NCBI GenBank assembly: GCA_963823035.1
Contig: CAWGKG010000018.1
Coordinates: 384,001-448,000 of the forward strand
Source of the DNA: an uncultured Gemmatimonadales bacterium
GTDB lineage: Bacteria > Gemmatimonadota > Gemmatimonadetes > Longimicrobiales > Gaopeijiaceae
DNA: 64,000 nucleotides
Direction of reading: 5' to 3'
The position numbers and the translations under genes were made by a program. How positions within the stretch are numbered: the first letter of the stretch is position 1; each line of letters begins with the position of its first letter. Positions 32,548 to 39,656 of this stretch are shown one piece after another. Under the pieces are notes generated by a model. The model saw nothing but the letters and a program-made list of their open reading frames with translations, had not been told where the DNA came from and ran no database searches.

Positions 32548-33105
32548 TCAGCGGTCCAGGAGGGGCTGCAGCTCCACCGCGCCGAGGAGCGTCGTGAATC
32601 GGTCGGCCGTGGCGGCCGAGAGGGCCGCGACCGCCCGCACACCCGCATCGAGCGCGGCGCGGGGGATCCTCAGCTTGAAACGAACCTCCGAGGTGGCGGA
32701 GCCCGGATCCGCGACCGGGTCGTCCAAGCGGAGCCGCAGCGTGATCGGCGTGCGGTAGCCGTCGGGGAGGTGCGCGTGCGCCACGGCGCCGAGCGTGCGC
32801 AGAGCGCCGCCGACGTCTCCGAGCTCCGCGAGCACGCGTCCGTCCAGCACGAGCGCCAGGTTTCCGCTCAGGCCGCCCGACGTCTCGTCGAGGTAGACGT
32901 CCACGCTGGCCCACTCGGGGCCCTCCCCACGATGGAAGAAGAGGTAGGCGCTGCGGGTGGAGTCGCCCGCCCACTTCCCCTCGAACTGGTGGCTCGTGGT
33001 CTTCTGCAGGCCGGAGAGGTGCCATCCCGACGCCTCCACGCCGTCACGCACCGCGTCGATGAGGGGCTCCAGGGTGAGGATGGGATCCGCGGGATCGGAG
33101 TTCAC
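32548..33105 (-). CDS. Hypothetical protein
   Basis: 185-aa ORF with coding-like composition filling the gap between the ATPase and fur genes. Confidence 0.7.
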   Translation of the reverse strand: MNSDPADPILTLEPLIDAVRDGVEASGWHLSGLQKTTSHQFEGKWAGDSTRSAYLFFHRGEGPEWASVDVYLDETSGGLSGNLALVLDGRVLAELGDVGGALRTLGAVAHAHLPDGYRTPITLRLRLDDPVADPGSATSEVRFKLRIPRAALDAGVRAVAALSAATADRFTTLLGAVELQPLLDR

Positions 33106-33136
33106 GTGCCGGACCGTTCCTGGGGAAGATCAGCGG

Positions 33137-33186
33137 AATTAGGTTGGCCTAAATTTTGTTGACACGAGTCGGCCAAAGCCTATATT
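33137..33186 (+). promoter_or_regulatory. sigma70-like promoter (TTGACA-N16-TATATT) preceded by the palindrome TTAGG-TTGG-CCTAA (DtxR/MntR-family box-like)
   Basis: TTAGGTTGGCCTAA at 33139-33152, TTGACA at 33159-33164, TATATT at 33181-33186. AT-rich patch in a very GC-rich background. Confidence 0.6.
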
Positions 33187-33243
33187 TTTCATACAATTGT
33201 ACCTCCGAGCGACCGCTCGGAGGTCGGAGGTTCGATCGCAAAG

Positions 33244-33699
33244 ATGACCATGCACGCCGAAGCCACCGAGCACGCACTGCGCCAGGCCCTGGAGGCGAGC
33301 GGCCAGCGCTTCACGGAACAGCGGGCCGCCGTCTTCCGCTTCCTGTCCGCGACGGACGTGCACCCGTCCGCCGACGAGGTCTTCCTGGCGGTTCGTCGGA
33401 ACCTACCGGGCATCTCGCTGGCGACCGTCTACAAGAGCCTCGAAACCCTCGTCGGATGCGGGTTGGCCGTCAAGCTCACCTACAGTGACGGATCGGCACG
33501 CTACGACGGGCGCACCGACCCGCACAACCACGCGCGCTGCCTGGCCTGCGGGAAGGTCATCGACATTCCCGGCAGCATTCCCGAGGACCAGCTGCAGGCG
33601 CTGCGCCGTCGTACGGACGGGTTCCTGGTCACGGGGTATCGCCTGGAGCTTTCCGGCTACTGCCCCTCCTGCGCTCCCGGGGAGGTCGTCACTGCCTGA
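33244..33699 (+). CDS. Fur-family transcriptional regulator (PerR-like)
   Basis: TEQR, HPSADE, SLATVYKSL, RYD, HNHARCLACG and C-terminal CPSC (structural Zn CxxC pairs). Confidence 0.92.
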   Translation: MTMHAEATEHALRQALEASGQRFTEQRAAVFRFLSATDVHPSADEVFLAVRRNLPGISLATVYKSLETLVGCGLAVKLTYSDGSARYDGRTDPHNHARCLACGKVIDIPGSIPEDQLQALRRRTDGFLVTGYRLELSGYCPSCAPGEVVTA

Positions 33700-33790
33700 G
33701 CGCCGTGCCGCCGGTCGAGGGCAAGGCGCCCCGGAGCCCCCCGCAGGGTTCCGGGGCGCCTTCCGTTCCGACGCCTCCGCCCGACGGTCC

Positions 33791-35263
33791 ATGTCGGGCG
33801 CCTCCGGACCCATCCGCATCCGGCCCGCGGCGGTGGCCCGACCCGACGACGGGGACGACCTCGTCCTCCTCGTGCGATGGGCCGCCGAGCGCGGCATCCC
33901 CCTGTTCCCCCGCGGCGCCGGCACGGGGATGCCCGGGGGCAACGTGGGGCCCGGCGTGTGCGTGGACCTGTCCGCCTGGCGCGCCATCGGACCCGTGGAC
34001 GTCGAGCGCCGCACGGTCGTGGTCGGGCCGGGCGCGGTCGCGGCGGAGGTGGACGCGGCGGCGCGCGTGCACGACCTCCACCTCCCCGCGCTCCCCTCGT
34101 CCGCGGACCGATGCACGCTCGGCGGGATGGTCGCCAACAACGCCGCCGGTGCGCGCTCGTTCCGTCACGGGTCCATCCGCGCCTGGGTCGAGGCGCTCGA
34201 CGTGGTCCTCTCGGACGGCTCCCGACCCACGCTCGCACGCGGGGACGGTACCTCGGCCTCGCCGTCGGCCATCGAGGCCGCGCGCCGTGCCGCCATCGAA
34301 GCGCTCGGACCCGATGCCGGCGCCTGGCCACGGGTGCGTAAGAACGCTTCGGGGTACGCCCTGGACCACTTCCTCCCCGCGGGGAACGCGGTGGACCTCC
34401 TCGTCGGCAGCGAGGGGACGCTCGGCTTCGTGACCTCGGTGCGCCTGGGCCTCCTCCCGCTCCCCGCCGAGCAGGCGCTCCTCCTCCTGACCCTTCCCGA
34501 CCTCGACGCGCTTTCGCCGGCCGTCCGCGCGGCGAACGACGCGGGCGCGTCGGCCTGCGAGTTCTTCGCGCGCCGCTTCCTCGACCTGGCAGGACTGCGT
34601 GACCGGACGGACCTCTCGCCGCACATCGCGGAGGCGCCGGCCCTCCTCCTGGTGGAAGTCGACGGGACGGCCGAGGAAGTGGCGGGGCGCGTCGCGTGCG
34701 TGCGGACCTTCGCGCGTCAGCTCGGCACGCCGATCCTGGAGGCGCGGGGCACCGACGAGCGCGCCCGGCTCTGGCGGATCCGGCACGCCGCGAGCCCGGT
34801 CGTGGCGGCCGCCGCGGAGGGCGGAAGGGTGTCGATGCAGTTCGTCGAAGATTCAGTCGTGCATTCCGACCACCTCGGAGCGTATCTTGGAGGTATGGAG
34901 ACACTGCTCACCCTTGAGGAGACGGACGCGGTGATGTTCGGTCACGCCGGCGACGGCAACGTGCATGTCAACCCGCTGATCGACGTTCGGCGGCGGGATT
35001 GGCGCGCGCGTGCCCGACGCATCCTGGAGGGGACGGTGGAGCTCGTGGCCGAGCTCCATGGCACCCTCTCCGGTGAGCACGGTGACGGCCGGATCCGGGC
35101 GCCCTTCCAGGAACGGATCTTCGGACCTTCGTTCGCCCGGGCGTTCAGGGCCGTGAAAGAGGCCCTGGACCCCCGGGCGATCCTCAACCCCGGCGTGCTC
35201 GTCGCGGCGCCCGGCCAGGACCCTCTCGCCGGTCTCTCCCCCGAGCCGAGGGTCGGTCGGTGA
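33791..35263 (+). CDS. FAD-linked oxidase (GlcD / D-lactate dehydrogenase-like); start may lie further upstream
   Basis: PRGAGTG, TLGGMVANNAAG, GSEGTLG, GHAGDGNVH, SGEHGDG, DPRAILNPG. Confidence 0.9.
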   Translation: MSGASGPIRIRPAAVARPDDGDDLVLLVRWAAERGIPLFPRGAGTGMPGGNVGPGVCVDLSAWRAIGPVDVERRTVVVGPGAVAAEVDAAARVHDLHLPALPSSADRCTLGGMVANNAAGARSFRHGSIRAWVEALDVVLSDGSRPTLARGDGTSASPSAIEAARRAAIEALGPDAGAWPRVRKNASGYALDHFLPAGNAVDLLVGSEGTLGFVTSVRLGLLPLPAEQALLLLTLPDLDALSPAVRAANDAGASACEFFARRFLDLAGLRDRTDLSPHIAEAPALLLVEVDGTAEEVAGRVACVRTFARQLGTPILEARGTDERARLWRIRHAASPVVAAAAEGGRVSMQFVEDSVVHSDHLGAYLGGMETLLTLEETDAVMFGHAGDGNVHVNPLIDVRRRDWRARARRILEGTVELVAELHGTLSGEHGDGRIRAPFQERIFGPSFARAFRAVKEALDPRAILNPGVLVAAPGQDPLAGLSPEPRVGR

Positions 35264-37014
35264 GGCGGCGCGCAACCCGGACGGCGATCCTCACGGCGAT
35301 CCTCGTCACCCTCGTCGCCGCCACCCCCGCGCTGCGCGGGGGATCCGAGATCGCGCGCCTCGAGGTGGCACTCACCTCCCTCCTGCACACCTATCGCTGG
35401 CGGAACGCCAGTTGGAGCGTCCTGGTCGTATCGCTCGATCGGGGCGACACCATCTTCGCGGTGAACGCGGACTCGTCGCGCGCGCCCGCTTCGAACATGA
35501 AGCTGCTCACGACGGCGGCGGCGCTCCGCGAGTTGGGACCGGACTTCCGCTTCCGGACCTTCGTCCTCTCGGACGGCAGGGTGCGGAGCGGCGTCCTGCA
35601 GGGGGACCTGGTCCTCTTCGGCACGGGCGATCCGGGCATCTCGGACCGCTTCTACTCGAGCCGTACCGCCGTCCTCGAGGAGCTCGCCGACCAGCTGCTC
35701 GCCCGCGGTATCCACGAGGTCGATGGGGACCTGGTCGGGGACGCCTCCTTCCTCCCCGGACCGCTCCGTCCGGCCGGATGGGATCCACGCGACCTCGACG
35801 ACCACTTCGCACCCGCCATCTCCGCCCTCTCCTTCAACGAGAATGTGGTCAGCCTCCGCGTCGAGGCCGGCCCCTGGGCGGGCGCCCGCCCGATCGTGCA
35901 CACCCTTCCCGACCACGCCGGGCTGACGCTGGACGACCGGGCCCGCACCACCGAGGGACGCGCGCGCCTCTTCATCGGCAGGGACGACCCGATGGCGCCG
36001 ATCGTCGTCCAGGGCGGGATCACCCGCGGAGGGCGGGACGTCTGGCGGCAGATGACGGTGTCCGATCCGGCGGCGTTCACGATCTCGGTCTTCCGCGCCG
36101 TCCTCGCGGATCGCGGCATCACCGTGCGTGGCGCGAACCGCGTCCAGGAGCGACCCGAGTCCTCGGTGGTGGGTGGGCGCTCGGTCACGGCACCCGCCGT
36201 CGCGGCGCAGGCGCGTACGCGCGTCCTGGCCACCCACGTGTCCCCACCCCTGCGCGACTACCTGGCGGTCGTCAACAAGAAGAGCAACAACCTCTTCGCG
36301 GAGCTGATCTTCCGCACGCTGGGCCGCATGAGCACCGGGGAGGGAACGCCCGAGGCGTCCAGTCGCCAGGTGGCGCGCAGTCTCGGCAGCCTCGGTGTGG
36401 ACCTCGACGGCGTCGTGCAGCTCGACGGCTGCGGGCTGTCGGCGGGGAACCGCGTCCGGCCCGGCACCTTCGTGAGCATCCTCTCGCGCATGGCCGACTC
36501 GGAGGACTGGGGCGAGTTCTGGCGGACGCTCCCCGAGGCCGGCAACCGGCGCGAGCTGGCGCGCATGTACCGGACGGCGGCGGCGGGAAACCTCCGCGCC
36601 AAGACGGGCACGATCGATGGCGTGTCGGCGCTCAGCGGCGTGGTGCAATCGTCCGACGGGGAGCGCCTGGCCTTCTCCATCCTCGTGAACGGCACGCCGT
36701 CCACCTCCGCCGCGAAGCGGGTGGAGAACGGGATCGGGGTGCGGTTGGCGTCCTTCACCCGCGGCGCGGACGCGATGCAGGGACTCTCCCTGGCGGAGCT
36801 CTCCGCTTCGGCACCCGCCGCCGAGAGCGAGGGACCCGTCCGCCATCACGTGACGCGCGGCGAGTCCATGGACGGGATCGCGCGGCGCTACGGCATCGCC
36901 CTGGAGGATCTCCTGCGCGCGAACCCGTCCGTAGAGCCTCGTCGGCTTCGGGCGGGCGCCTGGCTCGAGATCCCGGAGGCGCCGGAGCGCTCCGGCGCCT
37001 CCGGAGGGCCGTAG
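35260..37014 (+). CDS. dacB: D-alanyl-D-alanine carboxypeptidase/endopeptidase PBP4 (S13) with C-terminal LysM
   Basis: SxxK (PASNMK), SxN (KSNN), DGCGLS, AKTGT. LysM HHVTRGESMDGIARRYG. Confidence 0.9.
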   Translation: MRRRATRTAILTAILVTLVAATPALRGGSEIARLEVALTSLLHTYRWRNASWSVLVVSLDRGDTIFAVNADSSRAPASNMKLLTTAAALRELGPDFRFRTFVLSDGRVRSGVLQGDLVLFGTGDPGISDRFYSSRTAVLEELADQLLARGIHEVDGDLVGDASFLPGPLRPAGWDPRDLDDHFAPAISALSFNENVVSLRVEAGPWAGARPIVHTLPDHAGLTLDDRARTTEGRARLFIGRDDPMAPIVVQGGITRGGRDVWRQMTVSDPAAFTISVFRAVLADRGITVRGANRVQERPESSVVGGRSVTAPAVAAQARTRVLATHVSPPLRDYLAVVNKKSNNLFAELIFRTLGRMSTGEGTPEASSRQVARSLGSLGVDLDGVVQLDGCGLSAGNRVRPGTFVSILSRMADSEDWGEFWRTLPEAGNRRELARMYRTAAAGNLRAKTGTIDGVSALSGVVQSSDGERLAFSILVNGTPSTSAAKRVENGIGVRLASFTRGADAMQGLSLAELSASAPAAESEGPVRHHVTRGESMDGIARRYGIALEDLLRANPSVEPRRLRAGAWLEIPEAPERSGASGGP

Positions 37015-37015
37015 C

Positions 37016-38168
37016 TCACACCCCGTCGAGGATCCGCACGACCTCGGCCATCTCCTCCACGGTGTTGTAGAAGTGCGGGGCGAGCCGAAGCGCCTCCCTC
37101 CCGCACCGACGCGATCACGTCCGCGTCCCGTAGCGCCGTCGCCGCGGCCTCCACGTCACCGACCTCCACCGTGAAGATCCCGGCCCGCCTGGCCGGGTCG
37201 AGGGGCGTGCGCGCCCGTGCATCGGGGCGCGCGGCGACCCACGCGAGGAGCGGCGCCTGGACATCCCGGATGTGCTCCTCGACCGACGCCGGTCCCATCT
37301 CCAGGAAGAGCTCGATCGAGCGGGCCATGCCCAGGTAGTCCTGGAGCGCGAGCGTGGCCAACTCGAACTTGCGGGCGTCCTCCAACCACGTCATCCCGTA
37401 CGAGAGCCCCTCCTCGAAACGGGTACCGCCTTTCATCGACAGCCACCCCACCATCGGCGGATCGAATCGATTCTGGAGATCGTGGCGGACGTAGGTGAAG
37501 CCCGAGCCCCACGGGGAGCACAGCCATTTCTGGCCCCCGCACGAGAGGACATCCACGCCACAGCGGGCCGCGTCGAGGGGAACGGCACCGAGGGCCTGGA
37601 TCGCGTCGACGCAGAACAGCACCCCGTTCGCCCCGCAAGACGCCCCCAGAGCCTCCAGGTCGGCCCTGTAGCCGCTGACGTACTGGACCGCGGAGAGAGC
37701 CAGGGCTCGCACGTCCTCGCGCCCCAGGCGGGCAAGGAGGGCCTCCTCGTCGGGCCACCCCCGGCCGTCGGTCTCCACGAGCTCCACGCGGAAGCCACGG
37801 GCCTCCAGCGGCTTCCAGGGGAGGACGTTGGCCGGGAACTCGCCCTGGCTGGTCAGGATGGTGCCCGGCGGTCCCGATCCCACGAGGGCGGCGGCGAGGT
37901 TGACGCCGAACGAGGTGTTCGGGGAGAGCGCGATCTCGGCGGGCGTCACGCCGATGAGGCGGGCCGCCGCGTCCCGGCAGCGGCGCTGGATCGGCCCGAA
38001 GTCCTCGTCCCTGAAGCCGCCCGCCCGGTTGCGGCGCAGCGTCAGCTCGGCCGCTTCGTCGGCGGCGCTGCGCGGAACCAGCCCCCAGGAAGCGGCGTTC
38101 AGGAAGATGGTCCGGTCCCGGTCGGCATATTCCCGGTTCCGGACGCGCGCCACCGCGTCTCGGCTCAA
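37016..38168 (-). CDS. Class V aminotransferase / cysteine-desulfurase-like PLP enzyme, with a frameshift near 37095
   Basis: FLNAAS, PNTS, EFPAN, VDAIQALG, GGQKWL. The C-terminal LRLAPHFYNT lies in another frame ending at 37016. Confidence 0.85.
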
Positions 38169-38181
38169 GCCCTCGACCGCT

Positions 38182-38436
38182 TCAGCTCGATACGGGCGTG
38201 CCGGAGCGGCCCCGTGCGGACCGCAAGCGGCGCCTCAGCTCGGACACGGACATCGTGTCGAGGGTACGCTGCGCGGTCCGTTCGCTGTTCCAGCGCACGT
38301 CGCTCAACGCCACCTCCTGGCCTTCGCCACTCGCGGGGCGGAGCACGAAGTAGTGGCGTCCCTTGTAGTCGGGCCCGCTCGCCGACCGGACCGCAGCGGT
38401 CCAGGTCGCACCTTCTCTGTCGCTGAACTCTCGCAT
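38182..38436 (-). CDS. Small hypothetical protein (84 aa)
   Basis: MREFSDREGATW...RWNSERTAQRTL...ELRRRLRSA. Sits between the AraC gene and the aminotransferase on the same strand. Confidence 0.65.
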   Translation of the reverse strand: MREFSDREGATWTAAVRSASGPDYKGRHYFVLRPASGEGQEVALSDVRWNSERTAQRTLDTMSVSELRRRLRSARGRSGTPVSS

Positions 38437-38471
38437 CGGCCGTTTCATCTCAGGAGGCGGTGTGTCGGTGC

Positions 38472-39275
38472 TCAGGCCACCGAGAGGCCTTGCCCTCTCG
38501 CGGGTCGCATCCCGCACCGTGCGAGAAAGCGATCGAGGAGGAAGGGGAGCCCGCCTGCCTCGATGGTCTGGGTGGGGGTGGCGCCCACGTAGCTGCGCAG
38601 GGCCCTTCGGAACGCCGCTCCGCTGGAATAGTCGAGTTGTCGGGAAACGCTCTCCGCGCTCCGCCCGGGGTCCGTGAGCCACCGCGCGGCGTGCAGGAGG
38701 CGGGCCCAGACCATCAGGTGTCCGACGGATGGGAGCCCCGCCGCCTTCAGGCAGACGCTCAGATGTGGCTGGCTGAGTCCCGCGGTCCGCGCCAGACCTC
38801 CCGCGTTCCACCGATGCTGGACACCCTCCAACGACAACCGGAGGGCCTGGAGAGAGCGCGCCGGAAGATAGGGGCTCATCGCTCGGACAACCAGGGCTTC
38901 CGTTCCCATCGTCAGCGCCTTCGCGACGACCGCTTCGACGTCGTGCTCCAGGTCGTCCAGGCGCACGAGGATCAGTCCATCCACGCCCGCTCTTCCCAGC
39001 CCCAGGAGCGCGAAGGGGTCCATCTCGGGGCGGGCGATCAGGATCTGGGAGAGGCTCGGGAAGCTCGCCCGCAGCTCGGCGATGGCACCCGCGGCACCCG
39101 CAGAGTTCCGGAGGGCGGTCTCATCCAACAGGACACAGGTGACCGGACGCTCACGAATCAGGTGCAGGAGCCGGTCCCACCCCCCAGCCCGCGCGACGAC
39201 ATGACGCTCGTGGAGCGGGCGGCGAACGGCCCGTTCTACGTCCACATCACGTGTCAGAAGCGCGATAAACGGCAT
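38472..39275 (-). CDS. AraC-family transcriptional regulator with a degenerate receiver-like N-terminal domain
   Basis: C-terminal double HTH (LARTAGLSQPHLS; SAESVSRQLDYSSGAAFRRALRSYVGATP). The N-terminal alpha/beta pattern (FIALL, CVLLD, QILI) resembles CheY-like folds. Confidence 0.85.
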   Translation of the reverse strand: MPFIALLTRDVDVERAVRRPLHERHVVARAGGWDRLLHLIRERPVTCVLLDETALRNSAGAAGAIAELRASFPSLSQILIARPEMDPFALLGLGRAGVDGLILVRLDDLEHDVEAVVAKALTMGTEALVVRAMSPYLPARSLQALRLSLEGVQHRWNAGGLARTAGLSQPHLSVCLKAAGLPSVGHLMVWARLLHAARWLTDPGRSAESVSRQLDYSSGAAFRRALRSYVGATPTQTIEAGGLPFLLDRFLARCGMRPARGQGLSVA

Positions 39276-39299
39276 GATCTTCGAAAAAGATATACCCTG

Positions 39300-39353
39300 G
39301 TCGTAAAATGATGCGACGCCCCAACGGGGCGTCGCAGATTTTTCACATACGAC
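39300..39353. promoter_or_regulatory. Inverted repeat in the divergent promoter region: TGCGACGCCCC-AAC-GGGGCGTCGCA with outer arms GTCGTA...TACGAC
   Basis: Perfect 11-bp arms at 39312-39322 and 39326-39336. Outer complementary hexamers at 39300-39305 and 39348-39353. Confidence 0.65.
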
Positions 39354-39410
39354 AGTCGCAGTCCTCCCACCGCGTCGACTTCGGCACCTCACCCATCGGG
39401 GAACTCAGTC

Positions 39411-39650
39411 ATGAAGACCATCCGCCGCTCCCTCACGGTCCTGCTGCTCACCGTCGGCGCCGCCGCGTGTGGCGCTTCGTCCATCACCGCCCCCGATTGT
39501 GAGGATCCCGCAGGTTGCTGGGTGCAGCCCGGCACGGGCAACGTGCAGCCTGGCACCGGCAACGTGCAGCCCGGCACGGGCAACGTGCAGCCCGGTACCG
39601 GCAACGTGCAGCCCGGCACGGGCAACGTGCAGCCCGGCACCGGGAACTGA
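39411..39650 (+). CDS. 79-aa secreted, lipoprotein-like prepeptide with six tandem VQPGTGN repeats
   Basis: Basic N-terminus, hydrophobic core and GAAA-C20 lipobox-like site. C30-x5-C36 pair. All repeat variation is synonymous. GGGGA upstream and TGA-TAG double stop. Confidence 0.85.
   Translation: MKTIRRSLTVLLLTVGAAACGASSITAPDCEDPAGCWVQPGTGNVQPGTGNVQPGTGNVQPGTGNVQPGTGNVQPGTGN
39522..39647 (+). repeat. 6 x 21-bp coding tandem repeat (consensus GTGCAGCCCGGCACSGGCAAC)
   Basis: Read directly. Units 1, 3 and 5 are identical. Units 2, 4 and 6 use ACC and carry one further third-position change each (CCT, GGT, GGG). Confidence 0.97.
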
Positions 39651-39656
39651 TAGCGA

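Noticed and set aside
39522..39647. 21-bp tandem repeat as a CRISPR array or non-coding VNTR
   Set aside because: The units are contiguous with no spacers, no cas genes are present, and variation is confined to synonymous positions of an in-frame peptide.
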